From: Aeropyrum pernix K1
Lineage (GTDB): Archaea > Thermoproteota > Thermoprotei_A > Sulfolobales > Acidilobaceae
Assembly (NCBI RefSeq): GCF_000011125.1
Contig: NC_000854.2
Location: 60,001-92,000, forward strand
DNA: 32,000 nucleotides
Direction: 5' to 3'
Shown: in pieces, positions 1-9,238 of the stretch
How the letters are laid out: each line of letters starts with the position of its first letter
How positions within the stretch are numbered: position 1 is the stretch's first letter
Made by a program: the position numbers and the translations under genes
Notes under the pieces: generated by a model
Database searches by the model: none
Told to the model about the DNA's origin: nothing
Seen by the model: only the letters and a program-made list of their open reading frames with translations

Positions 1-2
1 TT

Positions 3-401
3 GTGCTTTACTTTTACCCGAGGGCTATGACCCCAGGTTGCACGAGGGAAGGAGTCCGTTTTAACGAGCTGTTAGACGAGTTCGAGAAGCTTGGAGCCGT
101 TGTTATAGGTGTTTCTACCGATAGTGTTGAGAAGAACAGAAAGTTCGCGGAGAAGCATGGGTTCAGGTTCAAGCTAGTGAGCGATGAAAAAGGGGAGATT
201 GGGATGAAGTATGGTGTCGTCAGAGGAGAAGGCTCCAACTTAGCCGCGGAAAGAGTGACTTTTATAATAGATCGTGAAGGGAACATAAGAGCTATCCTTA
301 GGAATATAAGGCCTGCGGAGAAGCACGCTGATCTAGCTTTAGAGGAAGTCAAGAAACTCGTTCTTGGCAAGAAGGCTGAAAGGGCAGGGGAAGTAATATA
401 G
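3..401 (+). CDS. Peroxiredoxin, Bcp/AhpC-TSA type, 5' truncated by window edge
   Basis: LYFYPRAMTPGCTREG active-site block followed by thioredoxin-fold pattern (VIGVSTDSVEKNRKFAEKHGFRFKLVSDEKGEIGMKYGV); N-terminus runs off the window. Confidence 0.92.
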   Translation: MLYFYPRAMTPGCTREGVRFNELLDEFEKLGAVVIGVSTDSVEKNRKFAEKHGFRFKLVSDEKGEIGMKYGVVRGEGSNLAAERVTFIIDREGNIRAILRNIRPAEKHADLALEEVKKLVLGKKAERAGEVI

Positions 402-405
402 GTTC

Positions 406-720
406 TCAGCCTTTAACAGCTTCAACAAGCTTTTTGGATAGAATGCCGGCGAGCCTCTCCACTTCAATGCGAACATTGTCGATGGAATTTTTAATCTCCT
501 CGCTCTCGGCTATCCTTGCAGCTTCTTTAAGCCTGACTATTGTGTAGAGTAGCACCTCGTTCGCATCTAGTAGGGCTACGGCGTCTCCCGAGGGTTTTTT
601 CAACGTAGATTCTGCCAGACACTCAAAATGAACAGCTCCCTGTCCTGGAATGAATGTAAACCTTTGACCCTCTATGATAGTGCCACCGCATATGCTGCAC
701 TCCCATGTCTTGAGCCCCAT
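406..720 (-). CDS. Small CxxC zinc-binding protein, DUF2175-like
   Basis: ORF 406..825; the likely start is the internal Met of MGLKTWECSICGGTIIEGQRFTF, because upstream residues look non-coding and fall in a repeat-bearing intergenic region. Confidence 0.6.
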   Translation of the reverse strand: MGLKTWECSICGGTIIEGQRFTFIPGQGAVHFECLAESTLKKPSGDAVALLDANEVLLYTIVRLKEAARIAESEEIKNSIDNVRIEVERLAGILSKKLVEAVKG

Positions 721-792
721 CCAACCCACCTCACCCTTAATACCGTGAGTGAGGATTTTTAATCCGTTATGATCTGGCGACCGCCTTTCTAT

Positions 793-823
793 GTTAAACA
801 GGGTTTGTTTAACGCTGTTAAAC
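793..823. repeat. Three GTTAAAC heptamers (two direct, one inverted)
   Basis: GTTAAAC at 793-799 and 817-823; GTTTAAC at 807-813. Confidence 0.7.
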
Positions 824-866
824 ATTTAAAATCTAGATGTAACAAATCTAAATAGGGGGGTCAAGG

Positions 867-1838
867 TTGTCTTCAGAGCGAGTTACACTGTTCAAGAGGA
901 GGGTTCAGAAGCTCGGGGGCTCCAGCCTTATAATTACTCTTCCGAAGCAATGGATAAACAAGATGAACATTAATGCTGGAGACGTCCTGGTGGTTGTCGA
1001 TGAGGGAGAGTATCTCAAGATTATCCCGGAAAACTTCTCTCCTCCGGTTAGGAGCCTGAGTGTTAGCATAAATAGCCTGCCGAAGGATGACGAGGAGAAG
1101 GTTAGGTTTATCAAGTGCGCATATGGCCATGGCTACGATCGCGTTACAGTTTTTACCGAGAATACGAGGAACGGGGGTGTAGCTTTATTCAAGAACGGCG
1201 AGATATTGGATAGAATGGCTAAGGAACTTCCAATATCTAAGATTAGCGTTTCCAGCAACGCTGTTTTAATCGAGTTTTCGAGGGACAGCGACGATAGTAT
1301 AAACCCGAGCCTCAAGCTGAAACTGTATTCTGGAGCCCTGAATGCAGTGTTGGACAACATAGCCAAGGGTAGGATTGATAATGCCGAGGAAGATCTAGCT
1401 AAGCTCTACAGCCTCTCCCTAGACATCGCTAGGAGTTCTGTAAGAAAGTCTTTAGGTTTTAGCTGCGAAACGTCCAGGCTTACATATATATCTGGGTTCT
1501 TCCTGGCCTTAGCAGAGACTATTTCGCTGTTGACAGACTACCTGTCGAGCGGGAGGAGGCTTTCGAGGAAGGATATAGACCTACTGGAGGATACGAGGAG
1601 TCTCCTCCTAGAAACACTCGGCTCCCTGGCAACAGGAAGTGTTAAACGTGTGGAACATGCTAAAGAGGCTGCTGAGAAGTTGAGGGAGGTTCTCGTGAGT
1701 AATGGAGAGAATATAAGCACGCCTGTCTACAGTCTGTCAGTAAATGCTGTGTCACTAGTAAGGACCGTAGCAGAGCTTTCACTGTGCAAGCTAAAAGAAA
1801 AGGAGCAGGGGGATCTAGTCGGAATAAGGGTAAAATAG
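867..1838 (+). CDS. AbrB/SpoVT N-terminal domain + PhoU-like domain regulator (paralog 1)
   Basis: RRVQKLGGSSLIITLPKQWINKMNINAGDVLVVVDEGEYLKIIP is AbrB-like, followed by helical PhoU-like region; TTG start; paralogous to 6579..7616. Confidence 0.82.
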   Translation: MSSERVTLFKRRVQKLGGSSLIITLPKQWINKMNINAGDVLVVVDEGEYLKIIPENFSPPVRSLSVSINSLPKDDEEKVRFIKCAYGHGYDRVTVFTENTRNGGVALFKNGEILDRMAKELPISKISVSSNAVLIEFSRDSDDSINPSLKLKLYSGALNAVLDNIAKGRIDNAEEDLAKLYSLSLDIARSSVRKSLGFSCETSRLTYISGFFLALAETISLLTDYLSSGRRLSRKDIDLLEDTRSLLLETLGSLATGSVKRVEHAKEAAEKLREVLVSNGENISTPVYSLSVNAVSLVRTVAELSLCKLKEKEQGDLVGIRVK

Positions 1839-2063
1839 AGGCCCTATCCTCCTCGGGTTCGCTCATCACCTACTCAGCAGCGATCAGGCCCAGGCATCGG
1901 GCCTCCAATATGTACCAGGATTTGTTCAAGCATAATCTATTTCAACTCCTCTCTATTGGATCCACAACTCAGCTCTACTTATTATTTCGACGCAAGACGA
2001 ACAGTCGTCTAGCAAACACATATATACAGACGTATCCCTATATTATAATGTGGTGGGGATAAA

Positions 2064-2177
2064 ATGGGACTCCTGGTCGTTAAAGAGCACGATGGAAAAC
2101 TAGTCTTCACAATAGATCCTCTAGACCTCGAAAGACTTGAAGAATACATTGTGTTAACCCTAGGCCTAGGATGTTAA
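2064..2177 (+). CDS. Candidate 37-aa small protein (MGLLVVKEHDGKLVFTIDPLDLERLEEYIVLTLGLGC)
   Basis: ATG preceded by GGTGGGG-like SD; clean ORF to TAA at 2175-2177; not in the ORF track (below its length cutoff). Confidence 0.35.
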   Translation: MGLLVVKEHDGKLVFTIDPLDLERLEEYIVLTLGLGC

Positions 2178-2527
2178 ACGGCTTTTGACTAAAATAAGTG
2201 CTTCTATCAAAATTGCCCCTTCAATATCTCTGACTATTTATCATTATATGGTTGTAACTATCCTTATGCTAGCAAGTATATGCTAAATAGCCCTAAGAAT
2301 TCTTCATCGGTTAAGCGGTCGCTCAAGGGGAATGATCATCATTCCCGCAAACGCTCAGTCGACCGTCGTCTGCTCATCCCGCCCCATATTTCTAAATCTC
2401 AACTAATCCTTAACTAGTCCTAGGTGTCCAGGGTTTATGTAGGTCTAGCAGGTTCCCATAGCAACTATTGATCTATACTGTCTCGTACATTATAGGTTAT
2501 GGGCTTCCCTAGCCGACTCACACACAA

Positions 2528-3997
2528 ATGTGCGGTGGTGTGTTAAAAGTGAAATCTGGCGAAAATTCTAGGTATGATTTCTATCCTCCTGATCCAGTTT
2601 TACTTGAAAAGTTAGTTGAGAAGGCTCTTGATAAAGGCGCAAGCTATGCTGAGGCTCGATTCCACGCACGCCTAGGTGACTCTGTCCTCGTGGTTAATGA
2701 TAGAGTGGTCGGCGGCGGCTTTGAGATTGAAGAGGGTGTTGCGTTTAGAGTCATTGTTGATGGGGCCCTCGGTTTTGCATCAACGAGTCTGCTCAGCGAG
2801 GAGAGTTTGGATAGTGTTGTAGACCATGCAGTCTCTATTGCAAGATCCTCGTCAAGAGGATTTCGAAAAAAGGTTGGAATGAGCGAGGAGAGACTTGGAC
2901 AAGCTCAGTACAGTCTGAAGGTCAAGAAAGATTTTAGGAATTTAGAGCTCGAAGACAAGGCGTCTATAGTTCTCGAGTACAGTAAGTCTCTCGAAAGCAA
3001 AAGCGTCGACCTAAAAGCTAAGACTTTCAGCTATAGCGACGTGCTCGAGGCAAAGCTGATTATCACGAGTGATGGTGGAAATATAGAGAGCATAATCCCT
3101 AGGGTCTCAATATTCTATAATATTGCCGCTGAACATGGAGACAGGAGAGCTAACAAGTGGGGTCATCTGGCTGGCAGTGGAGGCTTGGAGTTAGTGGGTG
3201 AGCTCGGGCTCGAGTCTATGCTTAAAGATGATGTTAATAGTCTCGAGGTTAATCTAGTTAAGGCCGAGCCCTCTCCGAAGGGGGTGATGGACGTCATTAT
3301 AAGCCCTGAGATAGTGGGGCTAGCCCTACACGAATCTATAGGACATCCGAGCGAGGCTGACAGGGTCATGGGTAGGGAGGCGGCCCAAGCAGGATTAAGC
3401 TACCGCATGTGGCTGGACGGTAGGATAGGGAGTAGTAAGGTAACCGTAGCGGACGACCCCACTGTACCTGGCAGCTATGGATTCTACCTCTACGATGATG
3501 AAGCCGTTCCAGCGAGGGAGAGGATACTTATAAACAAGGGGGAGCTCGCGGAGCTCCTCCACAGTAGGACTACCGCGTACTCGTTTGGCGTGCAAAGTAA
3601 CGGTGCAGCAAGGGCTATGAACTACAGGAGCGAGCCGATAGTTAGAATGAGCAACACGTATCTTAAGCCAGGTGACATGAGATTTGAGGAGCTGTTAGAG
3701 GATGTAAAGGAGGGAATATACATGAAGAGCTATATGGAGTGGAATATAGACGAGTTCAGGCTTGTGGCTAGGTATGTCGGGCTAGAGGCCTATCTCATAA
3801 AGAACGGGAGAATAGTAAAGCCTGTCAGGGACACGGTCCTTGAGATTCCTACAGAGAGCTTCTACTCTAAGATAGACGGTGTGGGAAAAGACCTGAGGTT
3901 CTATGCCGGGATATGCGGCAAGGGAGAGCCTCCCCAACCACTGCCAGTTTGGATGGGAGGACCTCACGTGAGGGTTAGGGATGTAAGGGTGGGATAG
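2528..3997 (+). CDS. tldD: TldD family metallopeptidase
   Basis: HESIGHPSEADRVMG motif, GSYGFYLYDDEAVPARERILINKGEL, HSRTTA; start could instead be GTG at about 2549. Confidence 0.9.
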   Translation: MCGGVLKVKSGENSRYDFYPPDPVLLEKLVEKALDKGASYAEARFHARLGDSVLVVNDRVVGGGFEIEEGVAFRVIVDGALGFASTSLLSEESLDSVVDHAVSIARSSSRGFRKKVGMSEERLGQAQYSLKVKKDFRNLELEDKASIVLEYSKSLESKSVDLKAKTFSYSDVLEAKLIITSDGGNIESIIPRVSIFYNIAAEHGDRRANKWGHLAGSGGLELVGELGLESMLKDDVNSLEVNLVKAEPSPKGVMDVIISPEIVGLALHESIGHPSEADRVMGREAAQAGLSYRMWLDGRIGSSKVTVADDPTVPGSYGFYLYDDEAVPARERILINKGELAELLHSRTTAYSFGVQSNGAARAMNYRSEPIVRMSNTYLKPGDMRFEELLEDVKEGIYMKSYMEWNIDEFRLVARYVGLEAYLIKNGRIVKPVRDTVLEIPTESFYSKIDGVGKDLRFYAGICGKGEPPQPLPVWMGGPHVRVRDVRVG

Positions 3998-4011
3998 AGA
4001 GGTGTGTTACA

Positions 4012-5361
4012 GTGGCTCCCGGAGAAGTTACGGAGAGGGAGAGGCTTGAGGAGGCGGCACGCACTATACTCAACGCTCTTCCGGGCGATGCAGAGAAGGC
4101 TGTCAAGATTGTAGGATCGAAGAGTATAATGGTAAAAGCTGCTCGGGGAAGCGTGAGCGTGGCCCAGGGGTTCCAGGACCTCCTCCTTGAGATATACCTC
4201 GCTCGTGATGGGAAGATTGCTGTTACCAGCTTCAAGACGCCGAGGCTAGATGATGCAGCCAAGATTGCTGCAAGAGTAGTCGACAAGCTGGAGAAATCAC
4301 CTCTGTACGCTCCTCTCCCGGAACCGTCGGGTTCTAGTTCGCAAGCTGTTGATGAAAAAGTGGCCACCATGGTTGCAGAAGGGGATACTGCTGGGCTAAC
4401 ATCCCTCCTAGACCCCGACAGGTGGGGCGATATCTCAGGCATGGCTGAGTTAGCTGTCACCACCACGGTGCTAACTGCCTCAAACGGGGCGGAGCTTACT
4501 CTCGAGAAAACAAGCTTCAATGGATATACTAGGATATTTGGGAGGGAGTTTAGAAGCGGCCAGTGGTCGTGGGTGTCAACACGCTTTGACGAGAAACTTG
4601 CTGAAGAGGCTATACGAACTGCTAAGCAGCTAGCTGAGGAGTGCTCCAAGCTACCCGAGGAAGTTCCTGAGCCCGGCAGCTACAGGCTTCTCCTCTCCCC
4701 CATGGTGGGCGGAAACCTGTTGGAAATCGTAGCATCCTCACTCCTGGCAGGCAGCGTTCTACTAGGATTTTCCATGTTCTCCCATAACAAGCCCGGGGAT
4801 AGGATTGCCTCAGATGCCCTGACTTTGTCAAGCACGCCTCTCGACGACGAATTACCAGGGTATTCGATGTTCGACGATGAGGGCGTCGCCACGCGTGATA
4901 TAGCCGCTATAGAGAATGGCGTTCTCAAGACGTTTCTCCACAACACAAAGACTGCCAGGCTTATGGGGGCAGAGACGACAGGCAATGCTGGATGGATACT
5001 GCCACGGCTTTTCAACCTTCAAGTCGATCCCGGGGATATAAGTCCTGATAATGTTTACGAAGCCCTTGGTGATGGTCTATATCTAACTAACAACTGGTAC
5101 ACCAGGCTTCAAAACTATCTAGAAGGACGGTTCTCAACAGTATTGAGAGACGCCGTCATTAGAGTTAGAAATGGCAAGCCAGTGTCGTGCACTCCCGGAT
5201 ATAAGCTAAGGCTGGCAGGAAGTCTCAAAGACCTTATAATAAATGTGGAGGCTGCTGGTTCGAAACCATATAATATAATGTGGTGGGAGGTGAACAGGCC
5301 CTTTAAACTACCTCATATCATAGTGGCCAGCAGCCCTGGCATCGAGGTGAGGAGGGGCTAA
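4012..5361 (+). CDS. tldE: TldE/PmbA family protein, partner of TldD
   Basis: Directly downstream of tldD on same strand; GYSMFDDEGVATRDIAAIENGVLKTFLHNTKTARL and NAGWILPRLFNLQVDPGD are TldE-like; SD GAGGTG ahead of GTG start. Confidence 0.87.
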   Translation: MAPGEVTERERLEEAARTILNALPGDAEKAVKIVGSKSIMVKAARGSVSVAQGFQDLLLEIYLARDGKIAVTSFKTPRLDDAAKIAARVVDKLEKSPLYAPLPEPSGSSSQAVDEKVATMVAEGDTAGLTSLLDPDRWGDISGMAELAVTTTVLTASNGAELTLEKTSFNGYTRIFGREFRSGQWSWVSTRFDEKLAEEAIRTAKQLAEECSKLPEEVPEPGSYRLLLSPMVGGNLLEIVASSLLAGSVLLGFSMFSHNKPGDRIASDALTLSSTPLDDELPGYSMFDDEGVATRDIAAIENGVLKTFLHNTKTARLMGAETTGNAGWILPRLFNLQVDPGDISPDNVYEALGDGLYLTNNWYTRLQNYLEGRFSTVLRDAVIRVRNGKPVSCTPGYKLRLAGSLKDLIINVEAAGSKPYNIMWWEVNRPFKLPHIIVASSPGIEVRRG

Positions 5362-5370
5362 CAAGAGGGA

Positions 5371-6471
5371 TTAGCCATACCGTTTTTCCCAGCCACCCCT
5401 TTCCAGCTCTTCTAAGACTGCCTCCTCTACAACTCTGTTAAGCCCTTTTATCGCTGCTGCCAGTCTCTTCAGGCCAGCAACATACATCCTCTTCACACTA
5501 GGGGGGCTTTCCTCCTCGGTGTCCGGGTAGGGGTTCTCGAGATTTGCCAGGCCAGCTGCAAAAGCGGGTAATGCGCGCCTCAGCCCAACCCCATACCCCC
5601 CTTCCAGTACAGCTGCTACCCCCCTGCGGGCCATTCTGGATAGTTCTGAGCCTATTAGGTAGTACATGGCTGTCCCACCTCTCATCACAGTAAAAGCATT
5701 GTCACCCCTGTAGGCGTCAAAGCCCGCCGAGACAACGATATAATCGGGTTCGAGCCTCTCCAGTATCCCCAATGCTAATCTTGCTGCAGACACATATATG
5801 TCGTCGCCAGAATTCGGTGGGAGTATAATGTTGATCTTAGTTCCCTTAGCATCGCCCTCACCAATGTCCTCAGGAAATCCTGTGCCAGGATAGATCGTCG
5901 TGGGGTCCTGATGTACATCCACATGGTAAACATCTGGATCGTCATAGAAGATCTCCTGAGTGCCGTTGCCGTGGTGTAAGTCAAAGTCTAAGATAACCGT
6001 TTTCCCTTGTTCCGACAGCATCCTAGCTATCAAAGCGGCCGTGTTGACAATGCAGAACCCTGCCGTGGGGGCTCCAAGGGCCCTTCCCCTTATACCGGCA
6101 TGGTGGCCCGGAGGCCTTCCTAGAAGTAGAGCCTCCCCACCGCTTCTAACTATATTATAAACCTCGACAGAGGCGCCTCCAAGCCTTTTCAACGCGACGA
6201 GAGTGCCGGGGCCCACATAGGTATCGGGGTCGAGCCAGTCCAGGCCCGACTCTGCCGTCGAAAGAACATGCCTTAAGTACGCGGGGCTGTGTACTCTAGT
6301 GTAGAGACCCACATCGCCTACAGGAGGAGTCACAGCTTCCAAGTGTTTATAAACTCCTGACTCCTCTAACCCCCTGACCGCCTCTACTAGTCTAGAAGGA
6401 TTCTCTGGATGGTCGTACGGATCGGGAGAGTGCTTAAGGAAATCCTCATGATAAACTATCTTCAAAACCAA
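5371..6471 (-). CDS. Histone deacetylase / acetoin-utilization (AcuC-like) superfamily protein
   Basis: RPPGHHA, LDFDLHHGNGTQEIFYDDPDVYHVDVHQDP, SAGFDAYRGD and EGGYG motifs. Confidence 0.93.
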   Translation of the reverse strand: MVLKIVYHEDFLKHSPDPYDHPENPSRLVEAVRGLEESGVYKHLEAVTPPVGDVGLYTRVHSPAYLRHVLSTAESGLDWLDPDTYVGPGTLVALKRLGGASVEVYNIVRSGGEALLLGRPPGHHAGIRGRALGAPTAGFCIVNTAALIARMLSEQGKTVILDFDLHHGNGTQEIFYDDPDVYHVDVHQDPTTIYPGTGFPEDIGEGDAKGTKINIILPPNSGDDIYVSAARLALGILERLEPDYIVVSAGFDAYRGDNAFTVMRGGTAMYYLIGSELSRMARRGVAAVLEGGYGVGLRRALPAFAAGLANLENPYPDTEEESPPSVKRMYVAGLKRLAAAIKGLNRVVEEAVLEELERGGWEKRYG

Positions 6472-6578
6472 ATCCCTGGCACCCCCTCGGTGATGCGGGG
6501 CTTCAGCACCAAAAAGGGTCTACGGACTCTAAGCCGGAAACATTGATCTGGGGTTCCTCCTCATCGGGGTGCACAATA

Positions 6579-7616
6579 TTATGAGGATCCTTCGGAGTTT
6601 GAGCTTTCATTCATAAGGGTAGAATACTTCTGGGTGAGCATGTGGCACATCATGATGTTGCTCGCAATCTCAAGGGTTCTAGCAACGTTGACAGCCCTGG
6701 CTACGAGGTAAGCGAAGGCCGTACTCCCGTCTCCAACAATCTTGGAAAGGTCACCCTTAAGATCAAGTACACTCCTGATCTTCCAGTAGGCCTCCTCCAC
6801 CTTCTTAACACTATTCGGGTCCATGTTCGCCGAAAGTGTTGCGAGGGCAACCTCAAGCATCTCAACTATAAACTTGAGCCTCTCCCTCTCATCCCATGTC
6901 AGCCTATCCTTAAGCTTTATAATCTCCCTGCCGAGGTCGTGTATCTCGTCTGTAGCAGCGGCGAGCATGGCTGCGTAGAGGAAGAAGTATAGCCCCATTA
7001 TAGACTCTATCCCCCCTCTGGCCGTGTTAATGGTTACCGCCCTTAGCAGCCTGTAGTTGCTCCTGTATATCTCTGTCACGGTACTCTCCATTGTAAAGCT
7101 AGAAACATCCTCGTCGTCGCTGCCTAGGATCTTGAGCAGGTTTTCTGAGTAGCCTATGAGGTGGCGGCCGAGAACTTTTAGAGCGTGCCACGGCTCTTCA
7201 ACGGGGCTGTCCAGGTCGATTACAACCTCCCTATCCTTGCCAGTAATATAGATGTAAGGAAGCATTACCATGAGATTCTGAAGATTCTCAATAATGTCCT
7301 TTATCGTACCCTGCCTTGGCGATGATATAACGATCTTGTCCTGGCCGAAAACAAACCCACATAGAACAAGCTTAGAGACGTGCTTAACAATTCTCTTGTG
7401 TCTCCCGTCAAAGTGGACAACAATCCTCCTAGTAGTATTGGTAGGGAGTATTATTAGTCTATCACCAATATCTACTAGGGAGACTACGTCTCCTACATCA
7501 ACGTTATTCCTCTTCGCCCATTCCTTGGGGATAGTAACTATCAACGAAGAAGCTCCTAGACGCTGTACCTTCCGGGGAATGAAGACGAACGTTCGAGCAG
7601 AATCGTTAGCCGACAA
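6579..7616 (-). CDS. AbrB/SpoVT + PhoU-like domain regulator (paralog 2)
   Basis: RKVQRLGASSLIVTIPKEWAKRNNVDVGDVVSLVDIGDRLIILPTN matches the N-terminus of 867..1838; TTG start. Confidence 0.85.
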   Translation of the reverse strand: MSANDSARTFVFIPRKVQRLGASSLIVTIPKEWAKRNNVDVGDVVSLVDIGDRLIILPTNTTRRIVVHFDGRHKRIVKHVSKLVLCGFVFGQDKIVISSPRQGTIKDIIENLQNLMVMLPYIYITGKDREVVIDLDSPVEEPWHALKVLGRHLIGYSENLLKILGSDDEDVSSFTMESTVTEIYRSNYRLLRAVTINTARGGIESIMGLYFFLYAAMLAAATDEIHDLGREIIKLKDRLTWDERERLKFIVEMLEVALATLSANMDPNSVKKVEEAYWKIRSVLDLKGDLSKIVGDGSTAFAYLVARAVNVARTLEIASNIMMCHMLTQKYSTLMNESSNSEGSS

Positions 7617-7671
7617 GAGATAGCCCCTTATATAAAGCTTCTATTGTGGGTGATATAAGTTTTCACCTCGT

Positions 7672-7714
7672 TTAAAAGTGTAAAACATATTTAGCCTATG
7701 TAACATACTTTTAA
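7672..7714. repeat. Imperfect dyad AAAAGTGTAAAACATA-N7-TATGTAACATACTTTT
   Basis: 12 of 16 core positions complementary, plus 2 flanking pairs; upstream of AbrB-PhoU paralog 2. Confidence 0.55.
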
Positions 7715-7975
7715 TAGATACTACCGCCATACTAGCCTTATTGCACTAGCGGAGGTGTAAAAACTCTATCATTATTACTTGGAGTCCCATCTCGCTGCTC
7801 CAACCACATCGGATTGTCCAATGACTGTAATAACGTTCAACTAATCCACAACCAACCTGGAATTCTCCTTGTCAGAGACTCCTACTGTTAACACTATTGC
7901 TGTTAGCCTTGAGCTATATAAGGTTTTGCGATACTAATATTATATTGGACATATACTGTGTAAAGGTGAGTGGGG

Positions 7976-8473
7976 ATGGTGTTAGAAGCTAGGAGCTACA
8001 GGCTAGTTCTTAGGAAAACCACCAGAGGTCCTGTTGTCCAGTTTAGGGTCAGCGTGCCGGGCGCCAGAGAGTCTACACTAGTGAGAATGGGCGGGCGTAT
8101 GGCCGAGAGGATATTCAACCACATGGCAGAGGTTCTAAAGAAGCACAACCTTATAACAGAGGAGACTAAGTCCGAAAACTACACAGCCTACAGGCTGAAC
8201 CTCGACATCGGGCCAAGCGTGGGAGGATACCTTGTCATGATAAGGAGAAGCAGGAACCCCGAGGCGTGGATAAACTATTTCGAAGGACTTATAACAGAGG
8301 ATCCCTACAAAGGCGGCAGGGCATTCCTAGCACATGCTCTACACCTTAGTGTCGAGCTTAGCAAATCCATGGGTGCTGAGAGAACCAGAGCACAGCTGCC
8401 CCCGAAGGTGCTAGACTCCGTTAGCGCCGGCTTCAAGGTTATATCGAAGAAGCTTTGGAGCCTCAAGAAGTGA
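7976..8473 (+). CDS. Hypothetical protein, about 165 aa
   Basis: ORF 7970..8473; SD GGTGA at about 7965-7969 favours ATG at 7976; no family recognised. Confidence 0.75.
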   Translation: MVLEARSYRLVLRKTTRGPVVQFRVSVPGARESTLVRMGGRMAERIFNHMAEVLKKHNLITEETKSENYTAYRLNLDIGPSVGGYLVMIRRSRNPEAWINYFEGLITEDPYKGGRAFLAHALHLSVELSKSMGAERTRAQLPPKVLDSVSAGFKVISKKLWSLKK

Positions 8474-8479
8474 ACATCA

Positions 8480-9136
8480 TTATCTTTGCCAAGTCCTTTT
8501 TTCCTTTAGCACCTTCTTAATAGTCTCTTCAAGTACTTGTTTCTTACCGCTGAGGCCACACTCTCTACCAATGTGCTCACCAACGCTGTATATTAAAATG
8601 CAGTCGCCTAAAGCCGCTCTTACGGAAGCGGGTTCCTCAAAGAACGCTCCAACAGCTACAGCAGATATAATAGCATCTAGCAGATGCCTCCTTCTATACG
8701 CCGTGTTTGCGAGGTCTAGCGACGAGAGTATAGATGTAGGATGTGTCTCTACAACGGGCACACCTGCTTCTTCAAACAGCCTGAAGACGGAGAGGCCGTT
8801 TCTCGACAGCCTCACCATCCCCGGTGTATTCAGAGGCAACAAACGGGCGCCCTTCTTCAGTGCCTCCAGCTCACAACCCCTCCATGGACCGGCTTCCCGT
8901 AAAACGTTTACAGGAGCATCAACGCCAACCGCGTCTACCGGAATACTAGCTAGTCTCTCTAGACTACTGTAAACCCTGGAAGGTCTAGACTCCCAGGCTT
9001 CAATAATATGGCATCGCCCCGGAAGCCAGGACACCACGGCAAAGCCCCAGGAGGACCTTCCTCCCGAGGGATCTATGCCCGCGTATAGCCTTCCATGTAG
9101 CATGGCTTTTCCGTCAGCCCTCACACGGCTCCCCAT
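8480..9136 (-). CDS. DUF429-like predicted nuclease
   Basis: YAGIDPSGGRSSWGFAVV, VGVDAPVN, VETHPTSIL, RRRHLLDAIISAVAVGAFF pattern of DUF429 proteins. Confidence 0.68.
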   Translation of the reverse strand: MGSRVRADGKAMLHGRLYAGIDPSGGRSSWGFAVVSWLPGRCHIIEAWESRPSRVYSSLERLASIPVDAVGVDAPVNVLREAGPWRGCELEALKKGARLLPLNTPGMVRLSRNGLSVFRLFEEAGVPVVETHPTSILSSLDLANTAYRRRHLLDAIISAVAVGAFFEEPASVRAALGDCILIYSVGEHIGRECGLSGKKQVLEETIKKVLKEKRTWQR

Positions 9137-9238
9137 ATCCCCCGGAGGGGGTGTCGGATCCGAAGTCGTTCATCAACCCCGCTGAATATTTTGATGTGGA
9201 GAAGACTTCATATTTTTGAGTTTCGGCGGGACTTTGTC

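Noticed and set aside
1784-2062. 92-aa ORF overlapping the end of AbrB-PhoU paralog 1
   Set aside because: Out of frame with the supported gene, and its composition is unlike the neighbouring proteins. The AGGCCC/GGGCCT hairpin at 1886-1904 lies in it, but without a T-tract I could not call it a terminator.
2280-2380. C/D box sRNA on the minus strand (AATGATGATC, CTGA)
   Set aside because: C-like and D'-like boxes exist, but the spacing is poor and there is no terminal CTGA, so the call is unsupported. I kept only the hairpin observation.
3975-4649. 224-aa minus-strand ORF antisense to tldE
   Set aside because: Overlaps a well-supported TldE gene entirely; Ser-rich mirror-frame composition.
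6642-6992. 116-aa + strand ORF antisense to AbrB-PhoU paralog 2
   Set aside because: Contained in a supported gene; no family pattern.
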